Shown here one piece after another: positions 27,601-37,464 of a stretch of DNA of 64,000 bases (position 1 is its first letter; every line of letters begins with the position of its first letter). The position numbers were made by a program, and so were the translations under genes. Origin of the DNA: Balanoglossus misakiensis (taxonomy: Eukaryota; Animalia; Hemichordata); NCBI GenBank assembly GCA_040954595.2, contig CM082598.2:3169154-3233153 (forward strand), in the 5' to 3' direction. The notes beneath the pieces are model-generated. The model did not search any database. It worked only from the letters and a program-made list of their open reading frames with translations, and had not been told where the DNA came from.

Positions 27601-28515
27601 CAGACCTTGCCAGACCAAACCATTGAAGCAAAAACTCCCAGTAACCCACAGCCTGCTGTCCTGGACTCTAGCAAGGAACGAGAAGAATTAGACGGGACAG
27701 GCAACAAAGACACCAACGAGGAACGACCTGTTCAAGAAGCAAATATGACCAGCGACCAAAGTCCGAGTCTGCAGGCACTTGAAAATCTCTCTCATCAGTT
27801 CCCCGTAGAGGGCGCTGCTGTCGCCGCGTACACATCACGTGACACAGTCTCCATTCCTCACCCACAGCAACAGGAACACGCATGTCTGTTCACATTTCCA
27901 CAAAACCGAGACATCGTGCTAAATTACCAAGAGGGATGCCAACAGCAGATAAACAGAGAGGGCGCCCCGGGTGGACAAAATGGCGGAATGTGTGGAGAGG
28001 TCAGATCACCTTGGCAACAGTGCGATCGCCGAGCTGACGTTGTTTCACAGTCTTTGCACAATATACCAGTTAACACACGAGTGGAATCGCACACAGCGAG
28101 CAGAAAGTTGGAAAACCTGTCGCTAGTCGACCTACTGAGGCTGCCCCCTATGTCTCGCCAACTGTTTCCCGGAAACCCCGAACCCCAGCCGGAGTTACAC
28201 GAGCCCCCGCCGATCTCACCGGAAGCGACAAGTGGGCGCGTCTTCCCGGCAGAGTCCAATCAACTTCCCCGCAGTCGCCAGGAAGTGTCGAGCATCACCG
28301 ACATTGATTCCGAAACCGTACCTCCAACAACCCCCAGTCTGGAAGACGGAGACGACAACAGTAAGGAAATCGACCGTGAAATGATAGAAAATATTCAAGA
28401 TGAACGGATAAGAAAAATGGAATTTATTCTTGACGAATGGGAAATGGCGATGGCGGTGGTCCGGGAAATAAGAAGGGCTTCAAGCAGTGAAAAGAAGACG
28501 AAAACTAAAAAATAG
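24601..28515 (+). CDS. 1304-aa disordered protein, divergent paralog of the LRIF1-like gene (copy B), single long ORF
   Basis: 3.9-kb uninterrupted ORF sharing three collinear blocks with copy A: PMFTIEAVYSLS vs PMFKIDSVYTLS; YVVSDPSGRAVVLIQSAAAKLTEMA vs YLVKNPTGETTILQFKSAAEKLSEMA; IQDERIRKM vs IQDERIRKL. Several basic NLS-like runs (RRRRTRKK, RKRKR, poly-R). Confidence 0.85.
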   Translation: MANTYGADTPMFTIEAVYSLSEDATADLYGQEFAKSHQAPFGGAPFHASVSDHDCQEKSGVPGQDVAGAAGRSSTCVSKGTENRNDNSSSDDAELPELISVNARTSRVVHPSPGDTLAKPVPLKAQVKSTISAPVSKKEMILSRLRRENVLLSPTIVGQTQEATNKTVAPANAASTVSTTEKIKLVDLSPRQQRNAPKTPTVNPARARVQGEPNTVTGPPNYVVSDPSGRAVVLIQSAAAKLTEMARSLSNQVGSTHTAWGNATIRPGYVRKGDFSEDRQCVVQNLNPALAVDTTKITHSSNSPFLNRPLECEVDVTREEVRFTNQSSSHQSSNSTRHSSDTPAKRKVTRRGGVKSTAQKDKVRRRRTRKKQETPNSEKTTDRNCQVFQKSFAQRHPHITQVLNCRLNENDNSLSTSSADNPIISMGNRRIDVAQPTTPPNKEHLHSKDRCIETTTLKGTDPINRQNAVQIDSIERVPGLSTQQTNYPVMNRQFHPGPNQVISNHDTVNQPIGQRDVRLQPISQRDTRDQPIGQRDTRGQPNSQRDTIKQPIGQPNTAHQPRSYFSARYENNQQTKLPIPSINFHQTDRFPLERSSSDHAISRPASALELEPSTRASNQITRPLGARADIEQQPRFSSMPNLACDHTQQPELSGRHLYNRDGDIRSAPPPEPPRNEISHNVGQSENSNRGSLSHAEPTRVFEEREDDDVTTVSETSGHLKTLTKIIHKAGFTYQQQNDILQAVANSNKKFNKLKYCGTPAAAQNRKRKRDVRSGDQSAKKAKSDIPEKQGTGTNKQNGDANENEKLNESAKSRTADVDEPVCRPQQDNTSSTPDVAEELPITEIVQPVDTETAEKVVHVTECRTSQHRSEPLSPQQKQPTESPPVSAADDTQDVVGGENESGTKAETKKIESGTISSPATHFVTRRRRRRRRRVFTPIRHKHRKQYGNDKATRGRPPNTKRQESSLRATSHTTETSISTLPAQGEILTPMQTTGVAERCAQTLPDQTIEAKTPSNPQPAVLDSSKEREELDGTGNKDTNEERPVQEANMTSDQSPSLQALENLSHQFPVEGAAVAAYTSRDTVSIPHPQQQEHACLFTFPQNRDIVLNYQEGCQQQINREGAPGGQNGGMCGEVRSPWQQCDRRADVVSQSLHNIPVNTRVESHTASRKLENLSLVDLLRLPPMSRQLFPGNPEPQPELHEPPPISPEATSGRVFPAESNQLPRSRQEVSSITDIDSETVPPTTPSLEDGDDNSKEIDREMIENIQDERIRKMEFILDEWEMAMAVVREIRRASSSEKKTKTKK
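26098..26283 (+). repeat. 30-bp coding minisatellite, about 6 units (QPIGQRDTRD-like)
   Basis: Units start at 26128, 26158, 26188, 26218 and 26248, with a degenerate unit at 26098. Confidence 0.9.
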
Positions 28516-29849
28516 GTCGCACGATATTTTATTCAACATTGTTTATTTATTCCGAATTCATGTAATTCTTTCTTCATTTCAAATCTGGACAGACCCATTC
28601 AATCTTTATATCACTAACTGTTGCTATGACAACCCTCAAGCCACTAATCTTGATCGGAACAGATTAAGTTTAAGCGCATGTGCTTGTCACGTAAGAAATG
28701 CAAATCGGATAGCGATTTTTCTAACCGTTAATAAGCTTGTGTAGTTTAAATGTGTGCTAAATTAATATATGTACGCACAAAGTAATACGGTTGTTCATCA
28801 TACGCACGAGAATGAGAATAGAAACAAAGATGTCACAAGTGAAAATATAACGAGGGCAATCTTTTTTTTCTTGGTATATGCGCAGCGATCTGACGATATC
28901 CCGTTGAGCTCATATTGACGGGGTAAAATTGTAACATGCACACTGTGTTAGTGAACGCTGTATTTTTGTCTTACCGATGCCGAATTACGAACAATTTTGT
29001 GATTTTTGCTTTGTGTGAAGAACGTTATGTAAAAGTATTTATTTGGGAACATATACACGTATAGCTATATCGTCATATATTATTAATTTATTCAGGTTAT
29101 TGCTATCCGTATCTTGCTTGCTGTAAGCAAATTTAGGTCATAGTCCATTGTCGTGAATTAAAGGTCACCTATTTTCTGTGTCTAATGTATGAGTACAGAC
29201 GTGGGGTTTGATTCGTGGTCACCATGTTTGATTTTGTGATCCTACTTTTGAATAGTGCCCTACATGAACAAAACAAGTCACTTATTGAAGGCTCGTGTGA
29301 CATCAACCATATGTTGATTTTAAGTGATAACTCATCCAGTAGCGCATTTCCGGAATTTTGTTTGTAAATCGGCGGCCTAGACCAATTGTTCTACCGATCG
29401 GATGCCTGTTGTCTGAAGGGTTCCGCCAGATCGATAACCGTCTTGCACTTTGCGGGAATCAAGTGTGCGCCATTGATAGTCTGAAAGCCTGTGATTGGCT
29501 AATGCGTGGTTGAGAAACGTGCGCAAAGATTATGCTTTAGCAACCTAGACTTTTATGTGTAAGCAATACTGCATCGCCATCTTTGAAGTTAGGTGAGTAC
29601 AGTAGGCGCCTTGTTCAAGAGTCTGCTACTGGAAAGGACGACAACCTATAACCCTTATTGGTGGGAACTTTTCTCCGAGTCAGATGTTGTATTGAACGGG
29701 AAGGGGGCAACGTTCTTTGAGTGTGAAGGTGAAATTCGATTTTTCGTCCTCCACTGAGCTGTCATGAGTTTACTTTCAAGCTAAGAATGGTCAATCTGAA
29801 GTCAGAAAACAGGCATAACAAAGTATTTTGGCAGATATCTGGTGTTTAA

Positions 29850-29855
29850 TTTATT
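29850..29855 (-). terminator. Candidate polyadenylation signal of octinsulin-like 1
   Basis: AATAAA on the minus strand about 620 bp after the stop. Confidence 0.45.
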
Positions 29856-30473
29856 CAAAGTTGCAATTTTCACAATACTCATAAATCATCATTGTCAACT
29901 TTAAAGGAAATGACACCGGTCATTGACCGGTCAGAAGTATATGCTTTTTCTCTCAGTCGGCATTTTATCTGAAAGGGTCTTTTATACCACGGGTAATATT
30001 AACAAGAATGCATAAGGACAAAATAAAATAAAACATAAGAAATTCTCGCAAGTTGACATACAAAAATATATTTCGGACCTTGTGTGGTCGTCATCAATGC
30101 ATTTACATGTTCGTCAATGAAACAGATCTCTGAACGAAGAGACAATGACCACGAAACGCCACTTCTCGATTCCGGGTTCAATGTCCCCTTGACGTCACTT
30201 CCGGGTCCAGGCTTCGAAAATAGAAATTTGAAATCTCTGTGCGAGAATTGTAGTATAGCATGTGAAAAACCACTATTCAAGGATCAAGGCATGTTTCATA
30301 AATTATCGTCATCGTTCATTGTCTAGAAATATGCCAATAACAAGTTGCTATTCGATTTGATAATGTGTTGTTGTTTTTTTCAAACGACATGGCCGCGATG
30401 CAATATGCCTGTCGGATAAAAACTGTGAAAATGACGATGGCTGGAAAACAGTTCTCCGTGGAGTTTGTAGAGG

Positions 30474-31551
30474 CTAACCACTGAAGAAGTCGATAAACTC
30501 TTTTTGTACTTCAAAACAGCAGTATCGTATTTTTTCATGGATTGTACAGTAATCTTCACAGCATTCCCCAACGATGCCGTTGTTGGGCTCCACGTCTTTC
30601 GCCACTCCTCGTCGGGGGCGCTGTTTTAGTCCCGCCAGAAATGATGACGCGTGTCGTTTGCTGATTGTGCCTGAAAAGGCGGGGAAAGAAATTGTGGTTA
30701 TTGCATGGTCAACCTTAGTTTCCAGTCACGTTTGCACGCCTAGCGCACCTCTTACAGGTTAGTAGTGTTGCAGACGACAACCAACTTGACATAATCTGTA
30801 GGGAACTCGCATGTATGCTTTGGTCATTTAAGTTTTCTTCATACGGTCAAATTGGCCGTGTTGGCTGTTTGTTTACCCGGGAGAGGTAGTATATGAAAAA
30901 GGTAACGTTTCAATCTGCCTTTATATTTATTGGCCCTTAGGTTCACCACAGTGAATTCAAAATGAACGACATCCAAAGAATATGTGTAAACTTCTTTCTA
31001 CATTCCTGGAGAGAAAAACAGTAACACAATCCCTATTGCTGTCTGTCTTGCGGTGATTTTAGATTCAGTAACTGGCAGTCTGACCAACTTCGATCGTGTT
31101 TCAGAAACGTCTGTGTGGGCAAAAATATTTACAACTACTGTTCGGTGTGTACGTGCCTCGTGGCTCACAGTGGGGAGAAGAGGCTTTCGACGTAGTAGTC
31201 GACGTCATTTCTGTGGCGTGTCGCCATAACTGAGCGAGAGGAGAACGGCCGGGTAGTACATGCATTAGCCATGAAAGTATAGATGTTGACGTCGACGCCA
31301 TTTTGTTTGGCGAGTCGCCAGAACTTAGCTAGAGAAGAACGACCAGGTAATATTAGCTATGAGAAAAAGAGGTGAGACAAACATTTACCTGGCGAACCCG
31401 AATAGTAGCAACCGTTACAGATCTGCCTCAAACTTTGCACCAAGCGGACACCACACGACGGCCTTTGGTGGAGACTGAGCGCCACACACGACGAGACGTA
31501 GGCAAGTACGACGGTAGTCAGGATCAGGAGGGCGGTTGGTGAGGGCGTCAT
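30474..31551 (-). CDS. 8-cysteine insulin-like peptide (octinsulin-like 1), 119 aa; exons 31551-31389 and 30670-30474
   Basis: Signal peptide plus B chain SCGVRLVQSLRQICNGCYY. Phase-1 G|gtaaat donor and ttttcag|GC acceptor. Exon 2, missed by the ORF track, reads GTISKRHASSFLAGLKQRPRRGVAKDVEPNNGIVGECCEDYCTIHEKIRYCCFEVQKEFIDFFSG*. Confidence 0.93.
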
Positions 31552-32226
31552 TGTTACTGTGAACCTGCAGAAAATGGTAGGCCGTTAAAAATGCGCCTTT
31601 ATGAGCTGTATCTAAAAGCAAAAAGGATAAACTTGATAAAAGTTTCCATGGTAAACAAAATGTTTGCACAAAATGAATATTCATTGTGAACAAGATATAA
31701 TGTGAGAACCAGGGATTGAAAAGTGCCCCTTTAAATTCAAGTAATTTGATAGTCAGAACAAAACTACTGAAAATCAAGCCAAAAGCTACAGCTAATGTCC
31801 CTTTAAACAGAATAAGGCAAAATACTGAAGATGTCGGTGATAGACGAACTGACGTCTTTCATCTTGAATAATGTTGGACGTATGTTGAATATTTCAAGTT
31901 TTTGCTTTGCAAGTTTATCCATTTCGCATCAACTTTAATTCTGAAACAAAGGTCTTTAATAAATAGTCCTTTCTGATTTTTTAGACCAATTCCGCAAGAA
32001 ATCGATCACTTTGAGTACATTTGACGATGTTTTACGCTTGAAAAGCGAAGAATTGCAACGTTTTTGTACGGAACGACAATGATGGGTTCGCAGGCTAAAG
32101 TCATCGGCCGAGCTAGGGACGTGTGGCATTTTTTCAAACCGCTGTATCACAAATCTTTCCTCTAAACACGAATGAAGTAAAGGTATTGCCTTTGATAGAA
32201 AATGGAGAAAGTTTTAAAATGTTTAC

Positions 32227-32340
32227 CTTAGAATCTGTCTTTTACCGTCGGAGCACGCACCTGATCTTCACACATGCGATGCTCAGGAAGCCACGTCGTC
32301 GCTCACAGTGTTCCTGGCAGACAGGGGCGGTCAATTTATA
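32227..32340 (-). promoter_or_regulatory. TATA box and probable non-coding first exon of octinsulin-like 1
   Basis: TATAAA at 32340-32335; AAG|GTAAAC donor at 32226; ctgcag acceptor at 31566-31565, 13 nt before the ATG. Confidence 0.5.
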
Positions 32341-34323
32341 CGCGGCTAGCACAAACACACAAAAAATCACTCGAGTACCCTTTACATACAGAAGGTCTAT
32401 AGTCGTCAGCGAATATCACACGAGTGTCGACACTCAAACAGTCTACCGCTTGGTAAGGCTATTTCACGCTTATTGGTCCGTTGTCTGGATTACAGATGTT
32501 AATTTTGGGGGGTTGTGTTTTAAAAATAGCGACGTCTGATCTTTCATCGTGTAATGTTACTGTGTTTACCTGAGAGAATTCTAAGTATAACCTACTGGTA
32601 TTTTAATCCGTTTCTTTTACGGCTCATACTTGCGGTGTTTTCTGGTCATTGCAGACAAAATTGCCCGAAGCGCCAGACTCATTCCCATACGCGAGAAAAT
32701 AAGGTGCTATATAAACGCTGTACGTCTTTCTTGTTGCCTGCCCTAACCTGCAGAATCTCTGATGTCTTTCCGCCAAAAATTACCCAGCAGAAATTATCGT
32801 GTCGTTCGCCATGTTTGAGAAAAGGAGTGACAAATTTTGTTGGAAGTTATAGGGGTATCTTCTGGTCATGCTGTTTGGGTCAATATGAGGTTAATACGGC
32901 TATTGCCAATGGCGTTCGTTTGTTTCTGTTTGTCTGTGTGTGGCGAAGCGGCAGCCAATAATTTTCCGGTCATTTATTCCAGTATCAATTGACCGAAATG
33001 ATATGTAATGGTTTTCATCCCACAAGAAACTCTTCTAGCTGTTGTACGCCGAGAATTTTTTTTCCGCACACAATACAAAATCCGTTCAACGTTGACGAAT
33101 TTACCCCAATTAGACTAAATACTATATGATAAAACATTCTTTGCTATTTGTGTTGGTCAAAATTAGGCCAATACAAGTATTCCCAGAAATGTAACTCCAG
33201 AATTAAGTTTATACGTATGTAATAGCCCCTAGTGTAAGATAATATGGTAGACATATTATTTTGAAATTCTATGCAGCATCTTATTCGGCTTGCCTGGAAA
33301 ATATCGTGGTCCAGTGCAGACATGCGTTGCAATGTCTGAAGCTCGCTTATTCGATAAACGATACCGTGTCCTCGCCAGATCACCGATCGTCCACGCTTGA
33401 TTTTTAACTCAAATAAAATGAAAAGCCAATAAAAATAGCCAAAACATGTCATGTATCTGAACCGCTGTGCGTTATGATCAAAATGTTGAGGGAGTTCTAT
33501 TTTTAACAACCTTAATTGGTGTTTCGTCTACCCGTAGGCGGTACTTGGTTCTTATTTTCCCGAGTGCATTCTTGTTTATACGCCGAGCTGATTGGAAAAT
33601 GTTGAAAATCGACGTGATGTTGAAGACCAAATCGATACGGATACATTTACTGGTTTGTTGAAGGATCCCATGTCAAAAAGGAACACATTTTCTCGCAATT
33701 CAAGTGAAAAGCGTCAATGACAGCAGCGTGTATAACACAATTACCCGGTACTAGCTACCGTACGGTCGCTCTCAAGGGAAATGGATATCCGTTACTCGTT
33801 CCGAAAAAAAAAACCTTCAAGATGCCCCCTTTCCGGGACTTTTCAGCCAAAAGGAAGTTTGGGGTATTCAACATACTTGAGTCCTGGAAAAAAGTGCCAC
33901 TTTTTCTTGCTTTCACGGCTCATAATTTGTCATTATTTTGTGAGGAAAAAACATAGTTTCCCAAGAGTGTGCTAACAATTGGCATGTGTTCTACACCAGG
34001 TCCCGTCTTTTGCACAAGTTCAACAAATTCGGTTTGTAACTTGTGGCTATGTCTCAGTGCATTCGCTGTGGAATTATGACCGTGTCCCGGTCAAGGACTA
34101 TTGTAACGCTCCACTTCTTCCCTTTGGTATATTATATTTTCCTTTAATATGGTCAACTGCCTCAAGGTAACCCCATTATAGCAACACGAGCTTCATCGGC
34201 GTTACAACCTCAATATCATGCTGACCTAACGATGTTGCCTGCCCTAAATTAGAAACGATTATGCAAATCACGAAGCAAGACAAGTATTTCTTTGCAAAAT
34301 AATAACTTAGATGGTTGTCAAAC

Positions 34324-34333
34324 TTTATTTATT
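34324..34333 (-). terminator. Candidate polyadenylation signal of octinsulin-like 2
   Basis: Overlapping AATAAATAAA on the minus strand about 220 bp after the stop. Confidence 0.5.
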
Positions 34334-34548
34334 GAGGAGACAAAAGTATCGATTTTATGCATATCAGTTCAATGTCAGGTGACGCAATGATGGAACAAGA
34401 CGCCATCTTAAATTCCCCGCCTAATGTACACACGAATCTGCATTTATCAGAATACCATGACGTCATAGAAAACACTTTCTCGCCTCATATGCCCTGACCC
34501 TGGTAGGTTGCGTGGTTGTTTTGCAAAGGTGTCAGGTTGTGTGTCCGT

Positions 34549-35344
34549 TCATCTCGATGGTTTCATAGCAAACTTGAAGAGAGTGTACTCCTTCTGGATT
34601 TCGTAGCAACAATAATGCATCTTCCGCTCAAAAGAACAATGGGAATTGCAACACTCGTCGATGACGCCCCTCTGCGCTTTGTTGCCCCTGGCAACCCCCG
34701 TCGTCGGCAAAAACGAGGTCGCGTGACGTCTGCTCACCGTAACTTCTGTAAAGGAAAATGTCCCATGCGTGTTAGGGGAGAACCATTTGATTTCTGGGAG
34801 GGGTGGGGTTTGAGATTTTTTTTTTTTTTTTTTGGGGGGGGGGGGAATGGTGCCAAGGAAATAAAAAAAACTTCCGCAGTGCCAGGAAGAAAAACATGGA
34901 CTGGTAATCGAATAACAAATGATGTAACTGATTGAAAATATAAATTGCTGACATAGCCAAATACGACCCCCCCCAGAAATTAAATGGTTCTCCCCTTATC
35001 GTATTTCCGTCGAAGTACGCTGGACTGTGTCACGTCACATCCTACAATGTATATCAAAGTTGGCTAGGGTACTTTAATATTGTAGCAGGGCCTGCTTTCA
35101 TCGCGCAAGAGAACTGCCGCATGTTAATTTATATGCAGATCTTACCTCCTCCTTCATCATCGCCGCCTGTCGCGTAGCAACCTCGGCAAATGAAGTAAAG
35201 CATCTGCGTGAGTCTACCGCAGTGCCAGGCGGGAGAATTTGCTGAATCCCCGTCGCCCAAGTCGCGTTCCACCCGTCCCTGTATTGCCAGGAAGGGCGCC
35301 ACCACCAGAAATGCTGTAATCAAGATGGCGCGTGGAGGGACCAT
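34549..35344 (-). CDS. 8-cysteine insulin-like peptide (octinsulin-like 2), 131 aa; exons 35344-35146 and 34745-34549
   Basis: Signal peptide and B chain WHCGRLTQMLYFICRGCYA. Phase-1 G|gtaag donor and cctttacag|AA acceptor. A chain GVIDECCNSHCSFERKMHYCCYEIQKEYTLF. Confidence 0.93.
34772..34998. mobile_element. PIF/Harbinger (Tourist)-like MITE in the coding intron of octinsulin-like 2
   Basis: TTA-GGGGAGAACCATTTGATTTCTGGG ... CCCAGAAATTAAATGGTTCTCCCC-TTA: about 24-bp TIR and a 3-bp TTA duplication. Confidence 0.8.
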
Positions 35345-35395
35345 GGTTGTAGTGGCTGATGTCTGACAAAAAAGGAAACATTTTGGAGTACTTTA

Positions 35396-35910
35396 TACAG
35401 TCACACCTGTGTTTGAGGTCACCTCCATTAAAGGGACAAAGTCTCTCTCTCGCAGGCCATTTTCCATTAATTATGTTCGATACAAGACACTGTTTATGTT
35501 ATTCTATATGTGGATATATAGAGAATCCACATTCAACGACACACAACTTCCACCCTGTTTGTAGGTTATGAGAGTAAAAACTCGCCCAAAATGAATAAAT
35601 GGTAAACACCGATTATTCATTTTGGCCAGATTTTCACTCTCGTGTCTACAAGTTGGATGGAAGTTGTGTGTGGTTGAACATAGATTCACTATATATCCAC
35701 AATTAGAATAATATAAATGGTGTCGTGTATCAAATATAATTAATGGAAAAAGGGCAGCGAGAGAGAGAGACTTTGTCCCTTTAAGCGGACATCTACATAT
35801 TGGCTACTTTGTTACACCCCAGTGTAATTGATATGTACATAATTAACCTGTCTATAAAGGCCAGTTCAGGAAAGTCCCTTGACTGACCACTATAGACAGG
35901 TTTGACTGTA
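35396..35910. mobile_element. Tc1/mariner-pogo-type MITE (outer element of a nested pair)
   Basis: TA-CAGTCACACCTGT ... ACAGGTTTGACTG-TA; TA duplication. Confidence 0.7.
35428..35784. mobile_element. TTAA-flanked foldback MITE (Kolobok/T2-like) nested in the previous element
   Basis: TTAA-AGGGACAAAGTCTCTCTCTC ... GAGAGAGAGACTTTGTCCCT-TTAA; imperfect inverted arms extend well over 100 bp. Confidence 0.85.
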
Positions 35911-35969
35911 CGTGTAATCCATTTTCTGAAACATCTTCGCCGCTGTTTCTATCTTTCGCCCTTACTTAC

Positions 35970-36219
35970 CTGCTATAGCCGGACGAGACTGAGGAAAAAA
36001 ACCTATTTTTCTCACAAGTGTTTTGGCAGAGGAGAAAGCTATTCTTTCAAGGTCACTACTACTGTTGACAATTTCCGAAATGATTCAGAAGTATGCGAAA
36101 GATTTCATGGGGTAGAATACTTTACCTTTTATGAGATCCTGTTCGTCAAGGTTCCCTCGGTCACCTGTTCTGTCTCCGCCGTTGTTCAGCGACGAAGACA
36201 GAGATCTGACCGTTTTATA
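35970..36219 (-). promoter_or_regulatory. TATA box and candidate non-coding exons of octinsulin-like 2
   Basis: TATAAAA at 36219-36213; AAG|GTAAAG donor at 36125; 19-nt micro-exon 35988-35970 (ttttcctcag ... CAG|gtaagt); acceptor at 35364-35363, 18 nt before the ATG. Confidence 0.5.
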
Positions 36220-36770
36220 TCATTTCATTAGACAGGTGAAATTAAGAGTGACAGCGCTCAACTCGGATGATGTCTCAAGACAGGTCGAGTCATATGTCAG
36301 TTTCACACGCAAGGCTAATATACACCGTCTTTAAGATGGCCCGTGTCGATTACCTTAGCTGTCCGGTGTGTAAGATTCTCTTAACGCCTCTCAGAAACCC
36401 ACACTTCCACTGAACGAGAGTCACTCCAGAAATCCGCTATCAGAATCACCTCTGAACAATGGGTATCGAGTTTCTGATTGGCAGTCCATTGCACGTGACA
36501 CCATGGGAAATAATATTAGTACAACAGAACTTATTTCTGACAGTAGAGTGGGGAAATGTGCCTAAACGGTGTTATAAATAACTTTCATAGTAAATGATAC
36601 TTCAGTTTTGTGCGTACATCCGTCACTGTGTTGTGAGAGACTATCATTTGAGACTTTGTTTTAGTTCAATTTTTATTCCCCATATATTGCGTCTTCTTAG
36701 AATTAGGCATTTCAAAGTTTCCCCTTCAGAAAGTCACCCAAGCAACCAGTACATGCCGTGAAACAAAATA

Positions 36771-36776
36771 TTTATT
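36771..36776 (-). terminator. Candidate polyadenylation signal of octinsulin-like 3
   Basis: AATAAA on the minus strand about 690 bp after the stop. Confidence 0.45.
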
Positions 36777-37464
36777 GGCACACAAATGGAAAATAGTTTA
36801 CATGACACAATCATTACAATATGTACAAAATACAAAAAATGACATATATTTTCGGATAACTTTCGTAAATGATTCTCTGTTTGAAATGAATCGGCAAATT
36901 GCTGGCTATGGCGTATGCTTTGAAATCGATACTATCAACAAGCTGTGAATTCAACTTGAAACCGTATGGGTTAGATGCACAGATTGTAGAATTTGATAAA
37001 TTAGGTTGGAAAGTTAGACGTCTATTATAAAGATGATATTATATAACTGAAAATGTAATATTATACAGATGAAATCCTGGGTTGTATTTTAGGGGAAATG
37101 AGATTTCCGTGACAGGGATGGCGCTATGTTTAAGAGGTGTCCACGTGAAGTCTTAAATTATCCGTATGGTGTTCGTTCATTTTTCGCAAAGTTCACTCGC
37201 GATCGACGGTTTCCTGCGCGGCTGGCGTTGAGCTCGGAGAACTCTCGTCACGCACGCATTCCGGTCGTCAGCATCGCATTCAAATTTTGGAAGCGTATCT
37301 TTTCAGTCGCTGAGTGTACAATTCGATTCGATTCCCATAAATGTCTCCCCTTCCTATCTTGACAACGGAAGTTCTTCAGGTCAAAGGTTACACAGACGAT
37401 GAGGGCGCTAAAACAGGAAGTGAGGGCCGCGACAAAAAGACACAACACAAAAAAGTGGACGTTT

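Noticed and set aside
25057-28398. Many minus-strand ORFs
   Set aside because: Antisense shadows of the 1304-aa ORF
30380-30571. ORF-track protein MGNAVKITVQ...
   Set aside because: Wrong frame; the real exon is the octinsulin A-chain frame 30670-30474
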